Shown: positions 13,201-28,200 of the stretch, one piece after another
How the letters are laid out: each line of letters opens with the position of its first letter
How positions within the stretch are numbered: the stretch's first letter is position 1
NCBI GenBank assembly: GCA_965202585.1
Contig: OZ241831.1
Span: 41,850,001-41,914,000 of the forward strand
Origin: Thalia democratica
Lineage: Eukaryota
Length of the DNA: 64,000 nucleotides
Direction of reading: 5' to 3'
Made by a program: the position numbers and the translations under genes
The notes under the pieces: model-generated
The model's database searches: none
Seen by the model: the letters and a program-made list of their open reading frames with translations, nothing else
Told to the model about the DNA's origin: nothing

Positions 13201-16200
13201 GGGAGGTCTCAACAGGAAACTTACAAGATCGCTCAGGCCAACGAGCCGGTTACCAAGGAAACGGAGGAGAGGGTTTCCAGGCAGCTGACCGAGAGGTGCC
13301 CCGCGCCCCTGCTCAACATCGCCCAGATCCTGTGCACCGTCGTCAAGACGACCGTGCTGTCGTGCCCGGGGGCGGCCGTCTGGTACCAGCCGTTCGAACC
13401 GGACAAGCTGCTCGGCTCGCCCCTCGACCTCCTGCCCTGCCCACCCTCCCTCCTCTTCCTCAACCTCAAGGAGTCGCAGCTGAGCAGGAAAGAGGATTAT
13501 TTAAAAAACAGGGACCTGCACAGGTTTGCGGTTGTAAATTGATGTTGAAACTAGCTTTGAATAATTTTTAACTTTTTCTTGTTTGCAAGCTCGTTCAGTG
13601 GTGAAGCTACCAAGTAAATGATAAATTGAATAAAACTATGTTGTTTTGATTAAAAATATTTTCTTTTACGAAAATCCTTTTGTTTAACGAAAGCTACAAT
13701 GTATAAAACTGTAAAAAGTTGATCAGTCTACTTGAGACAGGGTTGCCAAAAAACTAAAAAACCTGGGATTTTTAACAATTTTAACATGTTCAGTAGTAAA
13801 ATTCCGATTTGAGGCAAAAAATCATATAAATAATTTTTTTTTCATCATTAAATTTTTTTTTATTATAAAACACAATAAAAGTAGCTTTGTAACGAAATCA
13901 ACATTTAATTTTATAATTTTAAAGCGTGTGAATAAATATGGAATTTTTGTAACAATAAAATCAATGACAAGCTTTCTCAAAACAATTTACTCAATTTTCC
14001 AAAACAACATTGTTTATTCGAAAGAGTTAATTACTTTCCAATGAATACGTAAGAATAAAGTAGTTTTCTTTGCTTTTAATAAAAAATAAAAAAACATTTT
14101 GAAAGTAATAAGCATTCGGCAGTAATTTGCGAAGGCGATGTGCTCAAGTATGATGCGTTACAAAAACGTTAAATTTAAGATGCTTTCCATGAAACTTATT
14201 AGTATTCTATGATAATTTGTTTAACTGTGGTTTTAGTATAGTGTGATGTAGTTATAATGTATCTTTGTGTTTTTTTAATGCTTGTTAATAGAATATAAGC
14301 TTAGTTTCGATTGTTGTATTAATCTTTATACTTTACTATTCCCTTACACCCATAAAACCTTCTGCATTTATTATTTTACATTAGACACCACGCCGTGTTA
14401 CTGCATGGAGATAGCTTTACAGTATCTTTTAAATGTTTTCCTACTATTTTACACAGTTTCTTACCTTAAACTTAACTTTAAACAATAAAAAACATACCCA
14501 AAAACGTGTACTTTTGAAAACGTGGAGAAAATTTGCCAAAAACAACTTGGCAACCCTGTTGAGATGTATAATTCATGAACTTGTCAATGAACTTAGATTT
14601 TGTACAACAGGAAGTGTCTGCGGTGTAGGGAGCGGGAAATACAGAAGAGATCGAAAGCCGCAGAGTCCAAGTGGAACGAGTACGAGGACTCGGTAACAGG
14701 TTTGTAGCAAAAAAAAAATTTACACCTTGCTACTCAGCATTGGTAGGTTTGAAATAAAGGTCGAACGGGTGATTTTGATTAACTGCTGAAAGCATTTAAC
14801 TTATTGATTGAACTAGATCAATTGTATTTTAAGTCTTTTCTACCCAAGAAAGCATAAAGTTTTATAGTTAAAAAATTAAATTTATTATTCACACCAAATT
14901 AGTTTGTTTAGGAACTCTATCTTGGCTTTATGTGTTGGGAAGCTAAAGTACATCTAGATTTGTTGGGTTTAAATATTTATTGAACAAAACTAATGAAATT
15001 TTATCGGTTTTAAAATAATTTTATTTTTTACGATCCAAGTATTTTCTTTTGTATACAAGCAGTGATTAAGTTAATTTAAAAAGTTCTGTTCGGTAAATTA
15101 AAAAAAAATAATGGTATCAGTTTTGAATATGTAATCCGTTTTGGTTCATATAAGTTAGAAATGACTATTAGACATTACAGAAAAAAAAATTAGTAAATTA
15201 AATTGTTAAAAAGAGCATTTAGATGTCAAAAATAGCAGTAAAACATATTAAAATATTTTTTTTTTACACTAGCTTGAAAGAGAAAAAGCCGACTTTAAAT
15301 TAAATAGATTTAAAAGAAGTGAAAAAAAAAACTATTTAAAGTTATAAAACGAAGAACGCGTTATTTTTGAACGAATCATGCCAACTTTAACCTAACTGAA
15401 AATCTGTCCCAAACAATAAATAAAAATAACCACACTCAAAGTAGATGAACAATTAATTAAAAGGTGTCACAATCAAACGAGTGTTGGGCACGTTGGAAAC
15501 TTTGGACAAGTCTTACTATTACAAGGGAGAGACCGCCGACTTGCTGTACAAACAAATCTTCCTCAACAACAACTACTACGATGTTAGTTTTTCTCTTCAG
15601 ATTTAAATTCAATCAATGTTTAAGCCGTGTAAGTTAGTATATTTTTTTCAAAATGCGCTGTTCAAGATCAATCTGCTTTTGTTATTATCTGTTTTTAGAA
15701 ACAGCATTAACGGCTTGATCAAATTATATCTTCTACAGTTTTTAGTTTTGTAAATTAGTTTACGTGAATATAAGTGGTTTTATATAAAACAAAATTTAAA
15801 ATTCAATTTAATTTTAGATTGACAAGAAAAGTTGTATGTAAAACCAATGTTTAAACGTATTATATAGGTTTTTTAATAAAATCAACTTTCCAGACATCAG
15901 ACCAGTGCGACGAAGCCATAATAAGCCTGTTGTGTGAATGGGGAATCACCGAAAAAAGGAGTGGAATCCACAGGACCTTTGTCGTTGTAAACCTCCTACA
16001 AACTAGAGAGGTTTGTTTTTGATAAGTTTTGTTCAATAGTTTTTAAAGAACATTTACCCGTATGTTTTCAAAGAACTTAAATTGTTGTTTATATGTTTGA
16101 AAAAATAAAACTTTTTAAAATCTGACGAAATCATTGTAGTTATTTGAATTTATGTTTTCAATTCAAATAACTGTGACTCAAAACTAAAATATTTATATAG

Positions 16201-19200
16201 CCTTTTTACTTCAACGTTAAAAGTCAAAACTGAAATTTGTGAACAATTTTTTTTTTAGAAAAACATCAGAAACTACAAGGAGAATCTTGACAAGAGCAAA
16301 GAAAGGAGGAGTAGCCCGCTCTTCCAACAACTGCTCTACAATTTCCTCGACAAAAACGCACCGACATTAAGTTTGAAATAATATGTTTCAGTTATTACTC
16401 GTCGATGGCTATTAACAGGGTTGCCACTTTACCTGGAAAAGCCTGGAAATACCTGGAATTTGACAATTTAGGCTAAAATAACCTGAAAAAACGTGGAATT
16501 TGAGAAATTAAAAAAAAAACCTGGTAAAACCTGGAATTTCGATCAAAAAACCTGGAATTTTTAATAATTTTAACATTTTAGTAGTAAAATTTTGATTTGA
16601 TACAAAAAATCTATCATATAATTAAGATTTTTTGTCATCATCAAATTATTTTTTATTAAAAAACACATTTAAAGTAACTTTACAGTATCTTTTCAATATT
16701 TTTATACTATTTAAAACAGTTTCTTAAAAAGAAATTAACTTAAAACTAAAAATAGACCCAAAAATGTATACTTTTGAAAACCTGGAAGAAATTTGGAAAA
16801 CCTGGAAACAATTTTGAAAAAACGAGTGGCAACCCTGTATTAAGCTTATGTGGTGTTTTTTTTTCTTTTCTGAACATCCAAATAAAGCATGCTCAATCAC
16901 TTATTTAAATTTAAAACAAAATATACACAAAAGCTGAAATTTGAAAAAAGTTACGTTTTACATTCGCAGGCGATCCGAGCGACAAGGAGGAGGTGCAGGC
17001 TTTCAACAACCTGGTCTACCTGTACGGCGAGCTGATCAAGCACAACGTGTTCTCCTACGAACACTACATAAACACCCTGGTCACCAAGGGCGAACTGACC
17101 CCGGGTAATGATAAAACCAGCGTGTTCACTTTATGTTTTTTTCATTTCGGCTTGTTTGCAGGATGTTGTTGTCTCAGATTTTTATTTGTTTGCAGACAAG
17201 ATAAAACACAAGGAAAGCTTGCCCACATATGAAATTTTGAGGTGTTCCAACAAAATGTCTTCGAATAACCGCACCTCTCATCAGTACGGAACGTCCGGAT
17301 CCAGTCTTCTCCGACAAGTAAAATTGACTTACAAACCATACAAATTAAACTTGAAAAATGTTTTTTAATCTGTAAGCTTTAGTTTTAGATAGTTTTTACT
17401 TCAATAGTAAAATGTATAATGATTCTTCATGAATATAAAATAGAATTTATCAAAGTTTTAATTAAGTTGTTTTTGATGTTTACAAACTCGTTTAACGTCT
17501 GACATTAAGTTGCGTCTTTCTCGTTTTCTAACGTGTTCTCTCATTTTATCAGAGCAAGGAATCGATCCAGAAGAGTGGTCAACTGGATTCAGACATCGAC
17601 GGGGCAGGGTTGGGAATGGACACTCCAGCTCTTGATATTGACGTGTTTGCCAACGAAACTTGCGGCAGTGCCAGGTATCAGTTTATACTACATTATCAAT
17701 GAAAACATTGATTAGTTTATGTTGACATTTAGTTAAAGCGTTTATCAGTTAGTAAATAAAAATATTCGAAAAACATTGTCGCTATTTATCAGACTCTTGA
17801 TGTTTTCGGATAACAAACGAACTGCTTTATGTTTTGAATAATATTTTCAAAATATTTTATAAAACAACACAAAGTAAATACTTTGTGTTCAATTTTCAAG
17901 ACACTTCACCGACGCGCTGCCTTCAGTGAGCTCCGAATTGAAGCAGGAACCTTCGTCCGTCAACAAGAAGCCTTCGTTAGGCAGCAGTGGCGGGAAAAAA
18001 GGGCGGGAAAGCGAGTTGTGGGGGTATGGAGAAACGCGCCACGCACAATACATCATGCACTTTCCCGTCGACACCGACGTTAGTAGTTTGTTGGTTGGAA
18101 CACAAAAAAAAATTAGTAGATGAGTTGATAGTTTATTGTTTTTAAAATTAAGTTTTATTGTCGGGCGACTTTGAAACTGTTCTGTGCTTGTGTTTGATAT
18201 TTTGACGAATTCAGTTTTTTTATTGTTCTACGCTTAAATTTTTCTGAGTACTAATTTTACTAAGACTTCTTCAGTTTCTATGTGTTGTTAAAATAACACA
18301 GTTCTACAAAGTTTTAACCAAGTTGTTAGGTGCATACTTAGACTTATAAAAATTAAGTAGTTTGAAAATTGTTGTTTTAATATACTAACAAAATTGTTTC
18401 GGATCTACTATTACAAAAATTATATTATTTAGCTAGTTATAAATTCAACGTGTGTTAAAAAATTATAAATGTTAACCTAAATTCATAGATTTTTTATAGC
18501 AGTCTAATGCTTTTATCAAAAAAAAATTGTTTACATTATTATAAATCTTTATTAAATTGCAACAAAGTGAAACCAATACTTTCTACCGAAATAGAGACAT
18601 TTTTTAGCTTATTTCTAGCAAAGTTTACTTACCAAATAATTTAACATATGCCTACATACAGGTTCATTTAATTCATTTTATATTTTAAAACGGATCACTT
18701 TTTTAACACAAGTTCATATACCAGTTGGATGACGACGAGTTCTGGAACGAAAGGCTGATGATTTTGTACGGGCCCGGAAAAAGAAGGAGTGAAGTTATGC
18801 AGAATGTCAAGAGGACTTGCAAGTTCTTCACGAAATTGTTGAAAGGAAAGAGGACTTTCGATAAAAGTTCGACCAGTAAAGGTAATCTACTTTTACATAA
18901 TATAATCACGTAGTTGTTTTGTTGATTAAATTGAACAAGTCGAAAGTATACATTGTTTTCTTCATCATTGCTAAATCTTGGTAGCCTTTTATATATTGGA
19001 AATTAATTTATCCTGTTGTGAAAACCTCCAATTGGTAAAATAGTAAAAAAGGTGATAAAATTTTTTGATCCATTTTCTGTTCTCAAAATAAGAAATAAAA
19101 TGACGTTTTACAAGAAATTATATGTTTGGTTATAATTTAAGTCGAATAAAGTTGCAAATCAACAGAAGGTATGGATTGGGAAGGCAAGTGGCAACCCAGC

Positions 19201-22200
19201 AGCACAAACACGAAGAAGAAGTTCATCGGAAAGTTCATGAAAATGTCGTATTTTGACAGGAGAGTTGTCACCATGAGCGCTTCGACTTCGCTGCAAAACA
19301 TGTTTCACAGTTACATGGTTGGAAGGTGTGTTTGAATATTACAGCTGCCGATTTATAAAACTTGCTTAAGTTGATAGTTTAAAAAAAGTCATGATATTGA
19401 TTACATTTTAAGTGTGTGTTTTAGTTGTTAGAACAACTACACACATCACCATTATATTTGTTTATGTAATAAAAGATAACGCATTGAAATATCGAATTAA
19501 ATGCATTTAAAATTTATGAAAAATAATTTTAAACTAACTCTTAATTGAGTTAAACATAATTCAAAAATCATGTAATAGGTTAATAATTTATTAACTTTTA
19601 AATATGTTAATAATAAGCATTTTTTTAAACTTAGTCAAAACGACGAACAGAAAAATATTTTGATAAACTGTGTTTAGTTAACTATTTTGTATTATGAAGA
19701 TTTTTTCATAATTATCATATTGAATCTAAATAATAGCATTAAAATAACTTAATTACCTTCAAATTTACTATATTTAGTTTCAACTCTCAATAAATACTTA
19801 AAACGAATTGATATGTGTTAACTTATAGGATGTCTTTAAAAATAACCTGTTAAATACAGTTTTGTAACTCTAACGCTGACAAATAATAGTCTATAGTTTC
19901 CCATACTAGAATGCTTCAGTAATAAAACACAAATACTTAACAGCTTATTTTTTTCATATCTGATTTTCTTTCAAGATCGAGCAACCTGCCAGACATGCAG
20001 ATAGTGACGTTGTTGTTCGGCATGATGGAGGAATCGTTGGACATATGGAACTTGCTTAACACGTGCTCGGTATTGCTGGCAAAACTGGCGACCATAAGGA
20101 AGGAAAATGGCGGGAAAAACAAGTGGTACTTCGCGCAAGTCACGCAGAGCGTTGTCGCCTCCCTCAGATACTACCACTCGTCAGTTTTGATTTGATGCAG
20201 TTTGATAGTACATACGTTAAAATGTTACATTAAGCTTAAGTTATAAAAGCCTAATGATAGTTATTCTTATTTTTGTTTAATCATTATTCTATTTTATTTA
20301 TGTTTAAAACCATAAAAAACATTGATATTGATGGACCTCTCGTCAGTTTTGATTTAGTTAATTAGTTTGTTAAAATATATGTTTGAAAAGTTTTATGTGT
20401 TTTTTAGCTCAGTTAACAAAAACTTTACGATAATTTGTTTGACTTTTGTTAATTAAACATTTTATTTTAGTCGTAAATAAATCCATGAAAGCAGTAGTTT
20501 ATGCTTTTTTTTTGTTTTATATTTTTACAAGTTAAAACAGTTACTATACTAGTTTTTTTCAATATTTACAGTTGCTTGATGCTCGATTCAAACTTGGGCA
20601 AGAAAGCGTTTCAGAGTGGATATTCTGTGCTAAAGGCTGGAAATTATTTGACCACTGGAAAGTTAACAAGTTCTGCAGAAAAGTATAGTTTTTTATAACT
20701 GTACTTAGAAATGTATCTGTTATTTAGTTTTTTTGCTCAAAAGTAAAAGACATTTGAACTTATGATTAGTAATCTAACTTTGTTTAGTTTAGATGTGAAA
20801 TATTTTAAGATAACTTTCATAATGTTGTTTGTGTTCACAGAAATATACTTTTTCTGTTGTACGAGTTGTACCCAATACCGAAAGTGAAGCAAAATTACCC
20901 GGATTTCGAGCCTCAGTTTGAAAGTTTGAAGAAATTCATAACTCATTTCGGAAAGACTAAACCTTCCTCTTCTAATTGCAAGTTTGTTGTTTATGTTAAA
21001 TATCAGCAACTTGTCTTTTGAATATATTTAAAGTTATTTGATAACTAGTTGTAATTAAATTAAGTTGTGTTTTAATAACTTGGCATATTTTTAAACAATT
21101 AAATACAAACTTTAATTAAACATTTATTTAAAACTATTGATTTAAAAGCTTTATGCACAGTGCACACTAAATTGCTTCAAATAGGTATTTATCTTTTACT
21201 TTTTTTAGTAAGTTATTAAACCAAATAAAAACTGATAATGTGTTACCGATCTAAATATTATATGTATTCCTTATTTTAATAAATAGTATATTCTCTTTTG
21301 TTTGTTGCAATTAATCTGCTGTGAACCTTAAGTGATAAACTGTTTTAATAAAAAAAATAAGTGTTAAATATTTAAATATTGTATATCTTTTTGCTTTGAT
21401 ATTTTTTACGTAAACTTTGAATATCATTTTCAAAACAAAGCAAATTGAAATGTCTAACGTAACAACCTTGTACGCGCGTAGTAGAACGCAAACTCGAAAG
21501 AGAAACTCTAAAAGGTACTCCCAGGAGATCTACCAGGAGTTCATCCGGCACCCGGACCGGTACGACCCGCTGGAAGTGGTGGAGCGGCTGGAGGCGATGG
21601 CGGGCACCCGGCTGGACCTGAACAAGAACGACAACCGCTACTCGTTCGTCTGCTCCGTCATACTGGCCATCTACGAGGAGAGGCAGGACCTGGACAGGTT
21701 GGTTGACTGGAAAAAATTGAAAAAGTTTTTCTGGTTGTTTTTTATGCTTTTTGTTCAACAGAACTGCTTTTAAATATGTGTTTTAGGAAAATAGTTTATT
21801 ACTTAAAATAATATCGTTTTTTTAATATAAATATACTGAAGTTACTATAACTACTTTTATTAAAATAAATGTTGTACGTTTTCAACTTTTAGCTCCTTTA
21901 TTAGACAAAAGTGAACAAGTTCAGGGTTTTAATAGAATTTTGTACAGTATTAAAAAAAAAAACTTTAAAGTTGGCTTGATTACAATGTATACAAATTTCT
22001 TAGCCAAATGGTATGTCTGTTGAAAGCCATAGTAATTTAGGCTTAACCAAACTCTGTACTGCTGTTTATATTTAAGGTATTCAATAACAGGGTGTTGTCG
22101 TTATCCTTGTTGTGTGCTGAAATCAACACGAGGTTCCCGCAGTTCGGAGCCGAGTGGCTCGGCGTCTTCCACACGCTTTGCACGTCGAACAACACGAGCT

Positions 22201-25200
22201 ACAATGACGTCACAGTGGACATGCAAGTTTGTTTGTTAAAAGTAGTAGTTTTAGAGTTTAGCTTGTTTTTTAATTTCAAAACTTGTTCGTTTTGAAAATA
22301 TTACTTTGCAAAAGAACGGTTGAAAAGTATTAAAGGTGAAAAGTTGAAATATGGATTAACATTGCAAATTTGTAGTTTGAAGTTTCTGTATTTTAAAAAC
22401 ATTCAAAGTTTAATTGTAATATTTTATTGTGTGGTTGAGTTTGTAATTAATTATGTTGTAAGCGCAGCTGTATGTTTTTAACTAAGATCGACTATTACAA
22501 ATGTTGTTATTGAAAACATTTAATGATATAGAAAACGGTTTATGTTTTATTCTCTAATACTAGATCTTAAAGTAAGGTTTTTGTTTGTATAAAATAAATT
22601 TTTTTATTTAAAATCCAGATTTTTTATTCTGACTCCCCTTTAAAAGTTTTAAACAACATAAAAAAAAACCGTAGTAATACAATAAAAGGTACTCTTTTTA
22701 ACAATTACACTAATGATAACACATGACAATTACAACCTCCTTTTTTATAGAGTAAAAAGACAAACAATAACTTGCCTTATGATTTAGTTTCTACATTGTT
22801 TTCAAAGTTATATAAAAAAAAATTCTTTTTTTTATTTGTTTAATACTTTTTTTTTATAGAAATAAGTCTGTATATTGTTTTATGATAAATAATTTAATTT
22901 AAACTTCTATACAATTATCTATTAGCTACTTCAAAATACTTTATTTAATATTTGGAGTCATTTGAATGTATTCAAAGCAAACTTTTTTGTCTACTACCAA
23001 ATGTTAATTTGAATGTACTGTGTTTTTGATTGTGATATGCAAATTACCGTCCAATACTATATCGATCCATTATAAAAAACTATTTTTATATCTTTTTTTA
23101 CGACATACTTTGTTTGTGCGAAATGTTTTCCTTATTAATTTCTTTATTTGTGCTTGTAACTTCATGTAAGAAAAACTTTTTGATAAACTTAATGTAGTTT
23201 TAATTATTCGTATAAGACTAAATTTAAAAATAGTATTTTTTATACAAATGAACAATGTATGTTGCATTAAAAAAAAAACGAAAAAATCAAAATAATGCAA
23301 GTTTTTTAGTATTGTTTTTATAAGTTATAAAAACTTTCTATAATCAGCATTCAAATTTTAGGTCATGAATGTTTGAAATCAAAACGTTAACAAAAATAAT
23401 GTTATATAAATATACTTACTATAGTGTTTTAGAAATCAAACATACTCACAAACATTACTACTTTAAAATAGGAATAGGCAACGTTTTTAGTTGGCGGGCA
23501 AGTTGTAGAAAATTTAGTACTTGAAGGACCGGAGCATTTCAATTTCATTTACTTTACAAAAGTTACTCAATTATCCAATTCGATTTGAAAAAAACTACTA
23601 TGTGACCTTTTTTACTACATTTATTATAAGTTTCAAATCTCCCTTAAATTGTACCTAAGACTATTTTGCTTATCATTTTAGATCAAAGAATATCTAGTGC
23701 AAGTCTCAAAACTTGGCTTAGCGGTTTAGTTTACATACTTGCGGGCTGCAGTTTTACCTTTTACGATCCCACTTGACTTTTGAAACCGTCGACGGGCCGT
23801 ACGTTGGTCCATCCTTGCGCTCAAACTTTATTTTTAGCTATATTCAACTTGATTTGCTGAAACCAATTACTGTTTGTTAACCTTAACATATAAAGTTTTA
23901 AAAACCAACTGTTTTCTATCTTCAATGTAATAAACACAAAAATGTTAACTTGCAACTTTGTATTAGAACGAGCATTGCAGGCCCTCCGGAAACTTAACCT
24001 TTCCACAGATCGCGGACCCGGGCATCAGGGAGCCCCTCTCGCTGTTCCTCACCGTCCTCATCACGAGGAACTGCTTCTCGATAGACGCGTTCATCGACAA
24101 CGTGGCCATGGGCTCCATCCTCAACCAGAACAACAAGTCCAACGGCAACCAGTCCCCCGGTTCAGGTTCGGTTGAGTTATAAAAAAATGATTTTAGCTAG
24201 CTGCGATTTTTTTGTTTGATTTTTTACCAGCTGCTAAAGGCGAAGTAAATTGTTTTTGCTCAAATATTTTTATTTTCAATAACAGTTGGTTTCGCAAACT
24301 TTAATTGTTGAACTCTGTGTTATTAATGTTGTTTTAAACTTATAGGATAGAATTTTTTTTCTGATATCCAATTGTTTTCATATTTCTCAACCTATCAAAC
24401 TAAATAGCTTATTTCCTATACGTTTTTGCCATAAACGAACATTATAAAAACAAAGCAAAATTGTAGTAAAAAAAAAGCTGAAATCTCGGCTGTTAGTAAA
24501 CATGGAGATATTAGGTGCGCTGCTGACGTGCCACATGCTGGTCCGGCTGTTCAGAAGCCCCAACGTCGGCCTGCTCACCGAGGCGGAACGGGGCGCGGAC
24601 GGAGGCGAAGACGACTTCGGTCAGCTGTCGTCGGCGGACAAGCACCTGCTGGGAGCGAAGCACGCGAAACTGCCTCTCGGCGCGATCATAGCCGTGTTGA
24701 AGGGAATGGTGAATCTGGGTGAGTTTATGTATATTTAGAAAAAATACTGTACTGTAATCTTACCGTCGAGAGCGCGCATTTGGGCGCAAAGTGCGCACTC
24801 AAGATAGACATTATGGCATATTTTTATTTATTTTTGACAAAAACGTTAAAAGTTTTGCTTGGTGTACACAACCAGAACCTTAAAAGTCGTTGTGCAAAAT
24901 ACGATAGGCATGATGTTTTTTACTAGAATTGATTGGTTTAGCCAGTGTTACCATAAAAGTTGTATATTTTTGTGCTACGAAAAAAACCTTAGAAGCATTT
25001 TTATAGTTTGACGATTGTATCTAACGGCAGTTATTTAATAAAAACCGTTGTACCACGGTTGATTTGTATAAGTTTGTTTTTTAGAATAAAAAATTTTTTT
25101 TAGGTGATGTGGTCAGCACCAAAACGAGCGGCATAAATTACAACCAGTCCAAAAACTACAACAACGACTCCAAACCGATGAACACGGATTTTTGGTACGA

Positions 25201-28200
25201 TTTTTTCGACGACATTTCTGACAATTCACCGGTGAGTTGCTCATATTAAAATTAAACTAACTCGTTTTTGATTTTAAACAAACTCATTACGTTCTAGCTT
25301 TTGTTTTGGTTGAAGTCAATAAAGCAGAGTTGTTACGCATATTGAAGTTCTTATTCCTTCAAATATTGTATGAGAAAAATCGTAGCATGCATCCGTCCAT
25401 GCAATATTTATGTGTGTGATAATACTTTTAGAAACAATTAATTTACTGAACAAAATAATTCGTTGTTTTAAAACGTTCTTTAAATTCACAAGATGTAATT
25501 TAAAGGAATCTTCTCTACCTTAAGTTTTGATAAATTTCATTTGATGTTGTTTCTTTTGAAAAAACTGTTAGAAAAAATTAGATTATAATTTTGTTAGTCT
25601 GTTCATAAAATTGTTATATGGGCAGCTAGTACATCATGATAACGTGAAAAAATCACTTTTTTTTGAGTTCAGCTATCTTTATTTTGCTTATTATTTTCAC
25701 ATGTAAATTTCATTTTAAGGGGGAAAACGGTAGAAAACAAGTTCCGTCCAGCACGAATTCACCACTAAGTAACATGAAAGTTAACGTGGAAAAAGTGAAC
25801 GATTTCGCTAAGCAGTGCGTTAAAAAGCTCTGCGCTCAGAGATGGTTGTCAGAACGGTATTTATTTTTTAATATATATATATATATTTATTTATTGTTTT
25901 ATTTGGATTGAAATATCGGTATGAAGCAATAAAAGTTTAATAAAAAAGTTTAGATTAGTCTTACTTTTTTTGATATAGATATGCCATGACAAGCTTGCAA
26001 TATTATATATGATAAGAAGTTAAGTTAAGTAACTTTTGGAACGCTAAATATTGTTTTATATATGTTTATTATTATTTTTGATTGTAATATCTGTGTGAAG
26101 CAATACTTAGTAGAAAGGTGTGTATTAGTATTTCTTAATTTTTTGAACTAAGTATAAACTAACAAGTTGAAATTAAAATATATGATGAAAAAAAAAAAGG
26201 TTTTAAGTTGAGGACATAAAAAGTAAAGAAGAAAATTAATAATTTTTTAGTTATATTTGGAAAAAATGATTCACACACATTATCAATACTATTTTATATG
26301 AAATTTTATAAACTGTGTACAAAATTCAATGCAAAAGCACTTTCTTTTATATTAACTCAAGTTTCAATGTGTTAAATAGACTGTTATAAACTTTTCAATT
26401 ACAAATAACAAACTTCTGCAGCTACCTGAAGAGAAGCGTGAAAGGGAATCCGCTGTCGATACTGCAGGACAACAAGTTGAACGGCGAGCAAAGAAAGCAG
26501 TTGCTGCAGCACCTCTGCTACAACGACCAGGAACTCAAGGTTCGTTTTATAAGTTTTGTGTAATTTACGCATTTTTAAAATATTTACAGTTGCTGATAAT
26601 TTGGACAAACAAAGCCAGTATATTTGCAGTCTGCAAAAAGTTTTTATAAATTCCTTCTAAAGTTCATAACTTGATAACAAAATATTTGGGGTTTAAAGCA
26701 CTTCCTTTTGAAGTTTATTATTGTTATAAAATATATGGTTCATCAATCGTTTTCTCAGTCATTTGATTTTTAAATTTTATATTTTCGATGTCACTGCAGC
26801 CCTCTGTAGTTATTATTTGAAAAAAGTCAACATCGAGTTACTTGAGTTTTTGTAAAGAGATATTGGCATGAAAAAGTATTATACAACATATATTCAACTA
26901 ATACAACCCAATTGAAAAAAAAAAAACTTTTGTGTTCTGTTTTAGTTAACAAACACTTAATAAGTTTCAGCCAAATAATTGAAGTGAGACGCGAGGTGAA
27001 ACAAACTAATTTTTTCAAAAAGAAAACAAATAAAAACAAATAGTATTTAATCATTAGTTTTATCACTTGAAAAAAAATTCTCAATTTTCAACCAAACCAA
27101 TCGCAGGATTTGAAGAGTTACGAGAACAACCAGCTCGCGTACATAGTGAACATACTGAGCAACGTGAACAGGTGGAACATGAGAAAGAGAATACTGGAGT
27201 TGACCGTCATGCTCAAGCAGCACGATCAGAAAAACATCGCGGAAATAATCGCCAAGTCTGTTACGTAATATACTGTTTTAATTGTTAAAATTTTCAATTG
27301 TTTCTAAAGTATATGTGTTTATTGTATATGTATTTGATTAACTAAATCGTTTCTTAAAGTATATTTTTGCAACTTAAATCTTCAGGTAAATATTATTTGT
27401 TTATTTAAGGATGATATTAATTTAAATAATTATACTTTTTAACATGGTTTTACAAATATTTTTTGAAATTGAAGCACAAATAAGTCTTTTTCTTCCTAAT
27501 TAAGTTCAGTTTAACTTTTAACAAGTTCTTCTTTAAATTAAAAGCTTGCTTACAAAAAAGACGTAAACTTTAAATTTATCAACAGAGCAACGGTCGAAGT
27601 GTTCAAGAGGCACCAGCAGCAGGTGGACAGCAACCTGGCGGAAGAAACTCCCCAATTCAGCGCGATTAGCGGCAGCGATCTGGACGACAAGTGCAACCAG
27701 TGGCTCATCGCTCCGCTCATATGCAAGCTCGATTCCAATGTTTGTTTGCGTTGTGAATATTTTTCAATAAGGCCAAGTCAGCCGCACACTAAAGCTGAGA
27801 CTTTGATGCTTTGGAGAGTTGAGTGGCGTCAGCAGTTAAGTTGCAGTTTGTCTTTGTCGAAGGTTTCTTAAAATGGGTGATGCCGCTCCTTTGGGGGAAA
27901 TTTCAGCAATCAGGGCCGAAGTAAATAAGTATTTAAACAGTAAACGGGCGATATTAAAAAAAAGAAGAGTGATATTTTTTCCTAGTTTTGTTCCAAGGGG
28001 CGATTATAAATATGAGTTCATCAAACCCTGATCTACATTTATAAGCGTCTAAATCTAAAAAATATTTTACCAAGTAAATCATACAATCTGTTCTTTACAT
28101 TTAAGTGAACTTTTATAATTACAATTAAAAAAATCACAAAATCAAAAAACAATCAAAGGTGCAAGGAACGGTGTTGAACGAGGCGAGCCACTTGCTGGAG

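Noticed and set aside
24755-25065. GC-rich intronic patch (GAGAGCGCGCATTTGGGCGCAAAGTGCGCACTC) as a transposon end
   Set aside because: Only a weak opposite terminus and no TSD; probably an old repeat, but it cannot be classified.
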